40,230 nt of DNA, from NCBI GenBank assembly GCA_034722955.1, contig JAYEOM010000075.1:1-40230 (forward strand). Reading direction: 5' to 3'. Positions 18,563-27,946 of the stretch are shown here, in pieces (positions within the stretch are counted from its first letter, which is position 1; each line of letters opens with the position of its first letter). The stretch comes from Campylobacterota bacterium (GTDB lineage Bacteria; Campylobacterota; Campylobacteria; Campylobacterales; Sulfurovaceae). A program made the translations under genes and the position numbers. The notes beneath the pieces are model-generated. The model was not told the DNA's origin. It did no database searches and saw only the letters and a list, made by a program, of their open reading frames with translations.

Positions 18563-19625
18563 GAGCCACACTCCACTATTTGTGATGGAGAGAGATAGAC
18601 TCGAAACAAACTTAACAAAATTAGCCTACCTCCAAGAGCAGACTGGTGTCAAGATACTCCATACACTCAAGAGCTTTCATGAGAGAGAGGGGTTGGAGAT
18701 CATAGGAGAGTATCTGAGTGGATTTAGTACCGGCAATCAGTCAGAGTTAGAGAGAGTATCGCAGATAGATACTCAACATATACACAGCTATGCTCCTGCA
18801 TTTCATAGCAGTGAGATCAAACTCATCGCCCAAAAAAGCACAACTATGAGTTTCAACTCTCTATATCTCTGGGAACACTATGCAGCTACAGCCTCTGCAT
18901 ACTGCTCTATGGGTCTACGAATAAACCCAAAACTCACCATCAAACAACCAAAATACTGCAACCCCAACTACACTATGAGACTAGGAGTACCCTACCAAGC
19001 TTTTCTGCAAACTAGAGAGCAGAACCCTGCACTATTCAAAGATCTGAAGGGTTTGCATTTTCATGTTTTTTGTGGGCAGGGTCTCTCAGGACTCAAATAT
19101 CTACTCAACCATATAAGCCAAAACTACCAAGATATCCTGCCCAATCTCAGATGGCTCAATCTAGGAGGTGGACAGCAGTATACCGATGAGCAGTATGATC
19201 ATGAGGGTTTCATCAGACTCATCAATAGATTCAAATCAGACTACCCCAACCTCACACTCATCTTTGAACCTGGAGAGAGTGTCATCAAAAATACAGGCTA
19301 TTTTATCACAACCATACTAGATATTATTCCTGCAGAGAGACCTATCGTTATCTTGGATACCTCTATCGAAGCCCATCTTCTAGATATCGCTATTACAGGG
19401 CAGAGACCTAGAGTCAGAGGAGCAGTTGATCACAAAACCCCATATCACTATCAACTCTCAGGAGTGAGCTGTATAGCAGGGGATATCATAGGGGATTGGT
19501 ACTTTCAGAGAGCTCTACAGGTAGGTGAGAGCATTATATTTGAGGATATGATGGGTTACACTCTAGTCAAACAGACAGAGTTCAACGGCATAGCAAAAGC
19601 CAAATTCAGCTTGACTGATCTCTAG
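18552..19625 (+). CDS. nspC: Carboxynorspermidine/carboxyspermidine decarboxylase-like PLP enzyme
   Basis: TPLFV, HTLKSF (PLP Lys), GLRINP, GLHFH, WLNLGGG, FEPGE, SCIAGD and FEDMMGYTLVKQTEFNG. Confidence 0.85.
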   Translation: MIDKSHTPLFVMERDRLETNLTKLAYLQEQTGVKILHTLKSFHEREGLEIIGEYLSGFSTGNQSELERVSQIDTQHIHSYAPAFHSSEIKLIAQKSTTMSFNSLYLWEHYAATASAYCSMGLRINPKLTIKQPKYCNPNYTMRLGVPYQAFLQTREQNPALFKDLKGLHFHVFCGQGLSGLKYLLNHISQNYQDILPNLRWLNLGGGQQYTDEQYDHEGFIRLINRFKSDYPNLTLIFEPGESVIKNTGYFITTILDIIPAERPIVILDTSIEAHLLDIAITGQRPRVRGAVDHKTPYHYQLSGVSCIAGDIIGDWYFQRALQVGESIIFEDMMGYTLVKQTEFNGIAKAKFSLTDL

Positions 19626-19769
19626 CCATACCCCTATTATTGAATCTTATCATAGCTAAAGATAACAGAGAGACCAAAGAGTTGTAGTTAGGATCTATCT
19701 CTATCTGAAAAAATATATTAGGCTACCCCAAGTTGAATTTAGAACCCAAAACCAAGCTAAAGTAAATCC

Positions 19770-20582
19770 CTACTCCAGATAATCCGTAAATACTCCATTC
19801 ACGCCCCAGAGAAAGAGCTCTTGTTGACGCAAGGGGTCATTCACGGTATAGGCATTGACAAAATAGCCGGCTTTACGCAGTTTTTTGACAGTCTCTTCGT
19901 TGAGATACTGCTCATCAGGATGATAAGCATCTGCTTGAAGTGCTTTTAGATAGGCAATGAGATTTTCCGGTGCCTCCTCCTCTGTCAAAACAGCAGTAGG
20001 TATATCCGGCAAGAGCTCCTTGCAAATGGGCAGATAGTTATGATAAAAAGAGGAGAGCAGAACCAATGGCTCCGCCTGAAGCCTTTTGATGAGGTTCGCA
20101 ATAGTGATGACAACATCTCTATCTGGCATCCAGTTATGCATATCTTTGATCTCAATATTGATAAAAATATTTTTTTCTTTCACAAAAAGTAAGACTCTTT
20201 CCAGGGTCAGCAGCGGCTCATGTCTATCCTCTGATTTTGACAGGTAGTCGTTTCTCGCATCGATGCAACCGAAAGGATCCTCTTTGTAAAACCAGCTACC
20301 AAAATCCAGACGCTCCAGCTCATTCAAAGTAAAATCTCTGACTGCCCATGGGTAGCGTTCGGCAAAAGAGCCTATCTCTTTGACATTGCTGGTACGACCA
20401 AGTGTATCATCATGCAGTACAATCGGTACTCCATCTCTGCTGAACTGTACATCAATCTCGATAAAATCGCATTTACCTATGCTTGAACGAAGTGCCAAAA
20501 GCGTATTCTCCGGCTTGATCGACCGATCTCCACGATGGGCTATAGTGAGATCAGGTTTTGCAAAAAGTTCCAAAAAGTTCAT
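19770..20582 (-). CDS. Glycerophosphodiester phosphodiesterase (UgpQ/GlpQ family, cytoplasmic)
   Basis: IAHRG, PENT, IEIDV, HDDTLGRT, NIEIK, YTVND and GVFTD. Confidence 0.93.
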   Translation of the reverse strand: MNFLELFAKPDLTIAHRGDRSIKPENTLLALRSSIGKCDFIEIDVQFSRDGVPIVLHDDTLGRTSNVKEIGSFAERYPWAVRDFTLNELERLDFGSWFYKEDPFGCIDARNDYLSKSEDRHEPLLTLERVLLFVKEKNIFINIEIKDMHNWMPDRDVVITIANLIKRLQAEPLVLLSSFYHNYLPICKELLPDIPTAVLTEEEAPENLIAYLKALQADAYHPDEQYLNEETVKKLRKAGYFVNAYTVNDPLRQQELFLWGVNGVFTDYLE

Positions 20583-20599
20583 TTCTTATTTTATCCTAA
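20541..20599. repeat. 59-bp direct repeat, copy 1 (5' end of the GDPD gene)
   Basis: 54/59 identical to 21734-21792. Confidence 0.9.
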
Positions 20600-20610
20600 G
20601 TATCAGCGAT

Positions 20611-21642
20611 CTACTTATCAGGAGAAGCATATATCTTATTCATATAATCCTCTACAACACCTCTCTTGATATGTTTGATATTTAAAACTTCTCCTTTGAT
20701 ATCAATATTTGGCATATATTTACTAATAATATTTGTTACAAGCTTACTCTGCTCTATATCTCTTGTATGTTTGAGAAAATCTCTATCTTCTCTCTCTCCT
20801 AGCCAGTTTTTATAAATGGCGTACTCTAGAGGATGTATGGTAGTAATATTGGCTGATTTTCCATCCAATCCTATGATAGTCTCCTTGAAAAGTCTAGCAT
20901 TTTCTATCCATTGTAATCCATCCATCACCAAAGGCAATACATCTGAGAAAAAATCACTCTTTATATTCTCATGCATCGTATCTATTGAAGAGGTGATAAG
21001 TTCTATCCATACTCCATCGTTATTGATAAATCGGTATGGGACTTTTGGACTTTGGTAAAAACTTTTATCTATTGATTGCAAAAATTCCAATGCTGTAGAA
21101 GTTTCACTTAATCTGCTGAACATAAAAGAGATGCCTTTATCTTTACGGTTTAAGATATCTATGTCTAGTGTAGCTAGATGAGACTCTTCTATCATAACTC
21201 CTATCTTTGCTTCATAGGCATAGAGGCTATTTGTTCCTATGACAATCAATTTGTTATCTAAATCCAATTCATTTATTTTGCGAAAAAGTGCTACTAGTTC
21301 TCTAGGTGTTCTTGCTATATCTTCTAGTTTATTGAGTTTTTCATCCCTCTTGAGCCTCTCTTTCAAGATTTTGAGACGCTCTTTAATCTTTAATTTTGAA
21401 TTTCTAAAATTATTAATAATCTCTTCTGTATTCTCATCTCTGCGACCAAGATACTCTCTCTTTCCTGTTTTTAGATTTTGCTTTGCAAGCAATTGGTATC
21501 CATCTTTATGTTTTTGCCACAGCATTTTATATCGAAACTGAAGATTATAGATATGAAGTACCTCCAGATATGACTCATAAAGCATTTTTGAATTGTGCTT
21601 TTGTTTGATCTGTAGATCACTGTATTCATGAAATTCAAACAT
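20611..21642 (-). CDS. GSU2403-like Pol-beta-fold nucleotidyltransferase, AT-rich
   Basis: VIGTNSLYAYE...ATLDIDIL (G-T...DxD), GLQWIENA and YAIYKNWL...RD; ATG 21642 has AGGAG upstream. Confidence 0.75.
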   Translation of the reverse strand: MFEFHEYSDLQIKQKHNSKMLYESYLEVLHIYNLQFRYKMLWQKHKDGYQLLAKQNLKTGKREYLGRRDENTEEIINNFRNSKLKIKERLKILKERLKRDEKLNKLEDIARTPRELVALFRKINELDLDNKLIVIGTNSLYAYEAKIGVMIEESHLATLDIDILNRKDKGISFMFSRLSETSTALEFLQSIDKSFYQSPKVPYRFINNDGVWIELITSSIDTMHENIKSDFFSDVLPLVMDGLQWIENARLFKETIIGLDGKSANITTIHPLEYAIYKNWLGEREDRDFLKHTRDIEQSKLVTNIISKYMPNIDIKGEVLNIKHIKRGVVEDYMNKIYASPDK

Positions 21643-21660
21643 AAACAACTCCTCTATTTT

Positions 21661-21707
21661 CTTAGTATACCTATTTTATTTGAAATGTAAATTTTAGGTA
21701 TACTAAG
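21661..21707. promoter_or_regulatory. Perfect 13-bp inverted repeat upstream of the NTase (putative operator)
   Basis: CTTAGTATACCTA-N21-TAGGTATACTAAG. Confidence 0.65.
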
Positions 21708-21733
21708 CAAACTCTGCTCATTTAGTTTTTGGA

Positions 21734-21792
21734 TATAATGAGGTCAGGTTTTGCAAAAAGTTCCAAAAAATTCATTTCTCATTGTATCCTAA
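21734..21792. repeat. 59-bp direct repeat, copy 2 (truncated duplicate of the GDPD start)
   Basis: Minus strand reads MNFLELFAKPDLIISKN*, versus MNFLELFAKPDLTIAHRG in the intact gene. Confidence 0.9.
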
Positions 21793-21816
21793 TAATGAAA
21801 TAGATATCATAAATAT

Positions 21817-23088
21817 ATGGATAACAGAAAGAGTATTTATGCATGGGCGTTTTATGATTGGGCAAACTCTGCCTATGCTACGACAATCATGGCAGGATTT
21901 TTCCCACTCTTTTTCAAGTCCTATTTCAGTGCAGAGAGTGATGTGACTATAAGTACGGCTCAACTGGGTTTTGCCAATGCACTCTCAAGCTTGGTCATAG
22001 TCCTCATCGCCCCACTTCTTGGTGCTATAGCCGATGTCGGAAGTATCAAAAAACGCTTTCTCTTCCTCTTCGCCTATCTGGGTATTTTGATGAGTGCTTC
22101 TCTTGCTTTTGTCGGCAGAGGTGAGTGGGAGATGGCTATATTTGTCTATATACTAGGCAATATCGGCTTTATGGGTTCAAACAACTTCTATGATGCCCTC
22201 CTCCCTTCTGTAGCTGGAGGCAGGCAGCTTGATCGTGTCTCAGGACTCGGTTTTGCACTGGGGTATCTAGGTGGCGGCACTCTTTTTGCCCTCAATGTAG
22301 CGATGGTACAGTTCCCAGATTTTTTCTCACTCTCAGGGAAAGCTGAAGCCGTCAAAGTCTCATTTGTCTCCGTGGCACTCTGGTGGGCACTCTTTTCGCT
22401 GCCGCTTCTGCTCTTTGTCAAAGAGCCTAAGAGTAGAGAAAAAATGGGAAGTTTCCAAACAGCACTGCTTGGCTACAGGCGGCTGATCGGTACACTGAAA
22501 AAGATACGATCCCTCAAAGGATTACTACTCTTTCTTGTCGCCTATTGGCTCTATATTGATGGAGTCGATACCATCATCCGTATGGCGGTTGATTATGGTA
22601 TGGCGATCGGGTTTGACCCAAATAGCCTTATTGTTGCCCTACTTATCGTTCAATTTGTCGGATTTCCCGCTACACTCTTTTTTGCCCACCTAGCTCAGCA
22701 CTGGGATACCAAAAAAGCACTCTACTTGGCTATAGGTATCTATCTGATCATCACATTTTGGGCAACAGTCATGGATCAGATTTATGAGTTTTACCTGCTT
22801 GCACTCCTCATCGCACTGGTGCAAGGCGGTATTCAGGCACTGAGCCGCTCCTACTATGCCAGAATGATTCCCGAAGAGTACGCTGCCGAGTTTTTCGGTT
22901 TTTATAATTTTCTGGGAAAATTTGCCGCTATTCTTGGGCCGGCACTGGTGGGAATCGTTGCAGTGATGACAGAGAGTTCCCGTGCGGGGATCGCATCTGT
23001 TGCCATCTTCTTTCTGTTGGGTGGAGTGCTGTTGATGCGAGTTGATGAGAGAGAGATCGCCCAAGAGGTACGATCAGCATTGGGTTAA
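21817..23088 (+). CDS. MFS transporter, UMF1/ATG22-like family
   Basis: WAFYDWANSAY, PLLGAIAD, FYDALLP, QALSRS and EFFGFY; about 12 TMs. Confidence 0.9.
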   Translation: MDNRKSIYAWAFYDWANSAYATTIMAGFFPLFFKSYFSAESDVTISTAQLGFANALSSLVIVLIAPLLGAIADVGSIKKRFLFLFAYLGILMSASLAFVGRGEWEMAIFVYILGNIGFMGSNNFYDALLPSVAGGRQLDRVSGLGFALGYLGGGTLFALNVAMVQFPDFFSLSGKAEAVKVSFVSVALWWALFSLPLLLFVKEPKSREKMGSFQTALLGYRRLIGTLKKIRSLKGLLLFLVAYWLYIDGVDTIIRMAVDYGMAIGFDPNSLIVALLIVQFVGFPATLFFAHLAQHWDTKKALYLAIGIYLIITFWATVMDQIYEFYLLALLIALVQGGIQALSRSYYARMIPEEYAAEFFGFYNFLGKFAAILGPALVGIVAVMTESSRAGIASVAIFFLLGGVLLMRVDEREIAQEVRSALG

Positions 23089-23091
23089 AAG

Positions 23092-24291
23092 TCATTGTAG
23101 CTCTGCTCGAAGGGTATTTTTGACCCGATCGCTCAACTCATCATAACTCATACCATTAGGATAAACCGGTTTGAGGTACTTTATGGTCACTTTTGTTCGC
23201 TTTGGAAATATCTTTCCTGCAGGCATTGCCTCAAAAGTACCCTGAAGCAGAGTCGGAACAATAGGAGCATTGATCTCTTTGGAAAGGATAGCAAAAAACT
23301 TTTTAAACTCAAGCAGTTTTCCATCCCGTGAGCGGGCATTTTCAGGAAAAAGAACCAGATTTTGAGACTCTATAAGCGGAAGTGCCGTTCGCTGAAGTGA
23401 TGCTTTGAGATTTTTATCGATATCGATCAAAAGCATCTGGGAATATTTGGCGATGGGCTTGAGCCATGGTGTACCAAACTCCCCTTCATAAGCCAGAAAG
23501 AAGCTCTTTTTTAAAATAGGTGACGGAAGAGTAGCAAGCACAATAAAACCGTCAAGCATACTGTAGTGTGTCGGTGCAATGATAAAAGGTTCACTAGGCA
23601 AGTTCTCTCTTCCGGTAACCTCCAGACGAAAATAGAGTTTGAAAAACGGTAATAGAGCTATTTTCCACGCCATCATGATATTGGGTGAATAGATAAGCTT
23701 CTCTCTGCTCTTCTCCTCTAGGATATCACTCCAACTTATCTGGGTTCTATTGTATGTTTTCTTATGTTTGTAGACCCAGAGATAGAGATCGTGCACTATC
23801 ATCAGCTCTGCAAAGAGAGCCTCATCCATATGGAGACCAAAACTTTTTTCTAAAAAGATAAAGAGCATCACATAATCCAACGAGTCTAGCCCCAGATCCA
23901 ACTCCAAGTGTGATGCAGGGCAAACCGGCTCTGTTGTTACGCTCTGGAGGTAAGCTTTGATCTCTCTATACACTTCATCATACGGTTCGTCGATAGAGAC
24001 CTTTTCTTTTTTTTCTCCCGCTGCTGCTGTAGATAATGACTCCTGCACTATCCTGTATCCATCAAGTTTGATACCATCAATATGGTCAAGATTGTAGAGT
24101 TCTACTGCATACCATTTGATATTGCTTTCGATATTGATGATATGATGCTTTTTCATCGCATCAAAATCTGGATAGATCAATGCGATCATCTCTTCATCTA
24201 TCTTTTGGACACTTATCTCTTTAACGAAAGGCGAAAGATACAAAACCCGTTTTTCAATCTCAACTAAATTCTCTCTCTCCCTCCTCCCCAT
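23092..24291 (-). CDS. Acyl-carrier + PlsC-type acyltransferase fusion with a residual adenylation C-subdomain
   Basis: ELDLGLDSLD (phosphopantetheine Ser), PTHYSMLD (HxxxxD) and FPENARSRDG; N-terminal EIEK...SPFVKEI resembles the AMP-binding C-terminus. Confidence 0.8.
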   Translation of the reverse strand: MGRRERENLVEIEKRVLYLSPFVKEISVQKIDEEMIALIYPDFDAMKKHHIINIESNIKWYAVELYNLDHIDGIKLDGYRIVQESLSTAAAGEKKEKVSIDEPYDEVYREIKAYLQSVTTEPVCPASHLELDLGLDSLDYVMLFIFLEKSFGLHMDEALFAELMIVHDLYLWVYKHKKTYNRTQISWSDILEEKSREKLIYSPNIMMAWKIALLPFFKLYFRLEVTGRENLPSEPFIIAPTHYSMLDGFIVLATLPSPILKKSFFLAYEGEFGTPWLKPIAKYSQMLLIDIDKNLKASLQRTALPLIESQNLVLFPENARSRDGKLLEFKKFFAILSKEINAPIVPTLLQGTFEAMPAGKIFPKRTKVTIKYLKPVYPNGMSYDELSDRVKNTLRAELQ

Positions 24292-24334
24292 TCTCTTCTC
24301 CTTCGTTATATATTTCCAAAACCTTTAGATAGTC

Positions 24335-24387
24335 ATTATACCAAAATCTCAAAAAAGCTACGAAACAGAAGATATTAGCTGTATAAT
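24335..24387. promoter_or_regulatory. Divergent -10 elements
   Basis: TGGTATAAT on the minus strand (24335-24343) and TATAAT on the plus strand (24382-24387), between divergent genes. Confidence 0.5.
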
Positions 24388-24425
24388 AGGGATGATCCTA
24401 AAATTTAGATGGATAGGAAGACAAT

Positions 24426-25451
24426 ATGGCAGAGAGAGCATGGCTAAGCAAACAACTAGGTAGCGGCAAGATTTTGTGTCAAGCGTGTGCACAGGCATGC
24501 AGACTTGATGAGGGCGAATATGGCATCTGTGGTGTCAGAAAAGTTGAAAACGGTGAACTCAAACTACTCGTCTACGGAGTTGCCGCCGCAGTCAACATCG
24601 ATCCGGTGGAGAAGAAACCGATGTTCCATTTTTTGCCGAAGAGTACCGCATTTTCAGTTGGAACAGTAGGATGCAATTTCTCCTGCAAATTTTGTCAAAA
24701 TTACGATATCTCCCAATACCCTAAAGAGCATAAGCATCAGATCATCGGTCAGGAACTTCCGCCTGATCGGATTGTCGATCTTGCACTGGAGAGGGGGTGC
24801 GAATCGATCGCTTACACTTACAATGAACCGATCGTCTTTTTTGAGTACACTTATGATACGGCAAAACTGGCACATGAAAAAGGGTTGAAAAACATCTATG
24901 TCACCAGTGGATTTGAGACACACAAAGCCATAGATCTGCTTGAGCCATATATCGATGGGATGAATATTGACATCAAAGCTTTCACGGATAAATTTTACAA
25001 AGAGATCTGTGGTGCAAGATTGAAACCGGTACTTGAGTGTGTCAAATATGCCCACAAAAAAGGGATCTGGATTGAGGTGACTACGCTGCTGATCCCCGGA
25101 AAAAATGACTCTGATGAAGAGATCAGGAACATTGCCAGATTTATTGCAGAGGTAGATCCCTCCATACCGTGGCATCTCTCTGCGTTCTATCCGATGTACA
25201 AGATGCTTGATCTCCCCCCTACACCGGGATCAACACTACTCAGAGCTTACGAGATAGGAAAAGAAGAGGGGCTAAAATACCTCTATCTTGGCAATATAGA
25301 TGACGAGGATCATGAGTCAACCTACTGTCCAAAGTGCTTCAAGAGAGTAATTGACCGAGAAGGACATATTGGACAGTATGTCACCAATAGACTCGACGGG
25401 AACGGTCTCTGCCCATATTGCGGCTACTCTCTTGAAGGGGTATGGCGATAA
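24426..25451 (+). CDS. amrS: AmmeMemoRadiSam-system radical SAM enzyme
   Basis: CQACAQAC...GICGVR, IDPVEKKPMFHFLP, GCNFSCKFCQN, AYTYNEP and C-terminal CPKC/CPYC. Confidence 0.9.
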   Translation: MAERAWLSKQLGSGKILCQACAQACRLDEGEYGICGVRKVENGELKLLVYGVAAAVNIDPVEKKPMFHFLPKSTAFSVGTVGCNFSCKFCQNYDISQYPKEHKHQIIGQELPPDRIVDLALERGCESIAYTYNEPIVFFEYTYDTAKLAHEKGLKNIYVTSGFETHKAIDLLEPYIDGMNIDIKAFTDKFYKEICGARLKPVLECVKYAHKKGIWIEVTTLLIPGKNDSDEEIRNIARFIAEVDPSIPWHLSAFYPMYKMLDLPPTPGSTLLRAYEIGKEEGLKYLYLGNIDDEDHESTYCPKCFKRVIDREGHIGQYVTNRLDGNGLCPYCGYSLEGVWR

Positions 25452-25482
25452 ACCCGAAATATGTAATATAGATTACTAGGGC
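25452..25482. repeat. Short copy of the ACCC(A/G)AAATATG palindromic-element end
   Basis: TAA-ACCCGAAATATGTAATA follows the amrS stop directly and matches the left arm at 16862. Confidence 0.6.
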
Positions 25483-25502
25483 TAAACAGGGGGAGAGACA
25501 AT

Positions 25503-25645
25503 ATGCCGAAAATTGAGCCGTTTGAAAAAGATCCAAAACTCTATGATACTGAGATCGTGGCAATCAACAAGCTTTTGCCCCCTATCAGGGAAAAACGAAA
25601 AAGGCGACTGCCGTTTCTGTACGAATGATTCGCGTGAAGTGTAAA
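25503..25645 (+). pseudogene. Possible gene-start remnant (SAM methyltransferase-like)
   Basis: GGGGAG then ATG, reading MPKIEPFEK, which recalls methyltransferase N-termini; the ORF is short and has no motif I. Confidence 0.3.
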
Positions 25646-25646
25646 A

Positions 25647-26408
25647 TTACTCTTTTGTCTCTCCTCTAAAAAATTTGCTTAAATCTGTCGGGAACGGGAA
25701 AACCAGTGTATTGGTTCTGTCTCCTGAAATATCACTCATAGTCTGCAGATAGCGTAGCTGAATTCCAAGAGGATTTTTGCCGAGAATATTAGCTGCTTCA
25801 AGAAGATTTTCGCTAGCTTCGAGTTCTCCTTTGGCATTGATCACTTTGGCGCGCCGCTCCCGCTCTGCTTCTGCCTGTTTGGCAATGGCTCGCACCATAC
25901 TCTCATCGAGATCGACATGCTTGATCTCGACATTTGCGATCTTGATACCCCAAGCATCGGTCTGCTTGTCTAGTATCTCCTGGATATCAAAGTTCAACTG
26001 TTCCCGCTCTGAGAGCATCTCATCAAGTTCATGTCTGCCTAGAACGGAACGCAGGGTTGTCTGTGAAAGCTGACTGGTGGCATCATAAAAGTTCTCTACC
26101 TGAATGATCGCCTTTTCGGGGTCGAGCACGCGAAAATAGACGACAGCATTGACATGCACAGAGACATTGTCATGGGAGATGACATCTTGCGTCGGAACAT
26201 CCAAAACGATGGTACGCAGATCGACCCGTACCATCTTCTGGATAAATGGGATCAGGATGATCAGCCCAGGACCCTTCACTCCGGTGAAGCGACCAAGGGT
26301 AAAGACCACTCCTCGCTCGTATTCACGCAAAATACGGATGGCAAACACCAGCAAAACAGCCAATATTACTACAAGATAGATGGTAGTTATCGGTAAAACA
26401 GAATACAT
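25647..26408 (-). CDS. SPFH/stomatin-like (slipin) protein
   Basis: N-terminal [23 protein letters not shown] and [13 protein letters not shown]. Confidence 0.93.
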   Translation of the reverse strand: MYSVLPITTIYLVVILAVLLVFAIRILREYERGVVFTLGRFTGVKGPGLIILIPFIQKMVRVDLRTIVLDVPTQDVISHDNVSVHVNAVVYFRVLDPEKAIIQVENFYDATSQLSQTTLRSVLGRHELDEMLSEREQLNFDIQEILDKQTDAWGIKIANVEIKHVDLDESMVRAIAKQAEAERERRAKVINAKGELEASENLLEAANILGKNPLGIQLRYLQTMSDISGDRTNTLVFPFPTDLSKFFRGETKE

Positions 26409-26411
26409 TTT

Positions 26412-27707
26412 TTACTCCTCAATAGGTACAATATGCAGGGTCAATCCGGATAGACTCTCTACCCGGACATTTTGACCGACCTCTAGCTGGACATCAGACT
26501 TGGCATACCATATCTCACCATGACAGCGGACGCGATACCCCTTGTTCGTCACCTCAAGTACTTCGGCACTACTATCGATCATCTCCTCTGCACCACTGAC
26601 TATTTTCTCAGATCTGGAGTGCAGAATAGAGTGCATCACAAAGATGAAAAACCCCAAACTGACCAGAGAGAAAGCGATGACAAGAGGGGTGGAAACCCCG
26701 CTCCCGAGTGTTTGTGCATCGAACAGCAGCAGTGACCCAAAAGCAAAAGCGATAGCACCACCTATCCCCAAAATACCAAATCCTACGACAAATACTTCCG
26801 AGATCATAAAGGCTATACCCAAAATAATCAGCAGTAATCCTGCATAATTAAAAGGGATCATGTTTAATGCATAGAGTGCGATCACCCCAGAGATCAACCC
26901 TATCACTCCAGGAAATATACCACCTGGGTTCATCAACTCAAAAAAGATACCGTATATGGCAATGATCAGAAGAATATAGGCGATATTGGGATCGGTAATG
27001 ATAGATAGCAAACGGGTTTTCCAATCTGCCTCAAAGTGCTCTATCAAAGCACCTTGAGTTTTGAGTATGATATTTCTGTCCGAAACCATAACGCTTCTCC
27101 CCTCAAGTTTACTCAAAAGTTCTGTAGTATCTTCTGCCATCAGGTCGATGACACCATAGTGCAGTGCATCTTTCGCAGAGATGCTCTTGGACTCTTTCAC
27201 AGCTTCCAGAGCCCAAGAGATGTTACGATCATTCAACTCAGCCAAACTTTTGATATAAGCCATGGCATCATTGATCACTTTTTTCTCTAGAGTACTGCTG
27301 CTGCTGGCATTTGAATCTCCTATATTCGGTGTCGGCATCATACTGACTGGTGTGGCTGCACCCAGATTGGTTCCCGGTGCCATAGCTGCTATATGGGAAG
27401 CGTAAATAAGATAAGTTCCGGCACTGGCAGCATGTGCACCTTTGGGAAAAACATAGACGATAACAGGGATAGAGCTGTTTGTGATCTCTTGGATCATCTC
27501 CCTCATAGAGGTAGAGAGACCTCCGGGCGTATCAAGTTCGATAAGTATCATCTGGGCATTTTGACGCTCTGCAACTGCTATCCCATCTTTGAGATAGCTG
27601 CTGCTGGCAGGACCAATGATGCCTTTTATCTCCAATTTTATGACAACAGAAGCAGTGGCAAAAATCGGTACAAATACCAAAAGCAACAAAAGAAGTAAGC
27701 GTTTCAT
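26412..27707 (-). CDS. nfeD: Long-form NfeD membrane serine protease (ClpP class)
   Basis: LDTPGG, AASAG (catalytic Ser), GAATPV, EKKVIND, TM bundle and C-terminal OB GEIW; paired with the slipin. Confidence 0.92.
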   Translation of the reverse strand: MKRLLLLLLLVFVPIFATASVVIKLEIKGIIGPASSSYLKDGIAVAERQNAQMILIELDTPGGLSTSMREMIQEITNSSIPVIVYVFPKGAHAASAGTYLIYASHIAAMAPGTNLGAATPVSMMPTPNIGDSNASSSSTLEKKVINDAMAYIKSLAELNDRNISWALEAVKESKSISAKDALHYGVIDLMAEDTTELLSKLEGRSVMVSDRNIILKTQGALIEHFEADWKTRLLSIITDPNIAYILLIIAIYGIFFELMNPGGIFPGVIGLISGVIALYALNMIPFNYAGLLLIILGIAFMISEVFVVGFGILGIGGAIAFAFGSLLLFDAQTLGSGVSTPLVIAFSLVSLGFFIFVMHSILHSRSEKIVSGAEEMIDSSAEVLEVTNKGYRVRCHGEIWYAKSDVQLEVGQNVRVESLSGLTLHIVPIEE

Positions 27708-27779
27708 CCTATCCACCTCTCATCCTATCTTAAAGATAAAGATAACTCATCATAGCGAATAAAGGAAAGGAAAGTCAAG

Positions 27780-27798
27780 GGTGCGTTTCCAACGCACC
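27780..27798. repeat. REP-like hairpin
   Basis: GGTGCGTT-TCC-AACGCACC, a perfect 8-bp stem. Confidence 0.5.
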
Positions 27799-27946
27799 AC
27801 ATATAACATTTGCACAAAACAAATCATTCCGCCGAAAGGCTTGATAATCAGCCATTCACCCCTGTCGTTCAATCTCCACTTTTAAAAGCTAGGGATGCTA
27901 GGAGGAGTAGCTAGGGCTTTAGAGATTCTCTTAAGGCTACCCCAAG

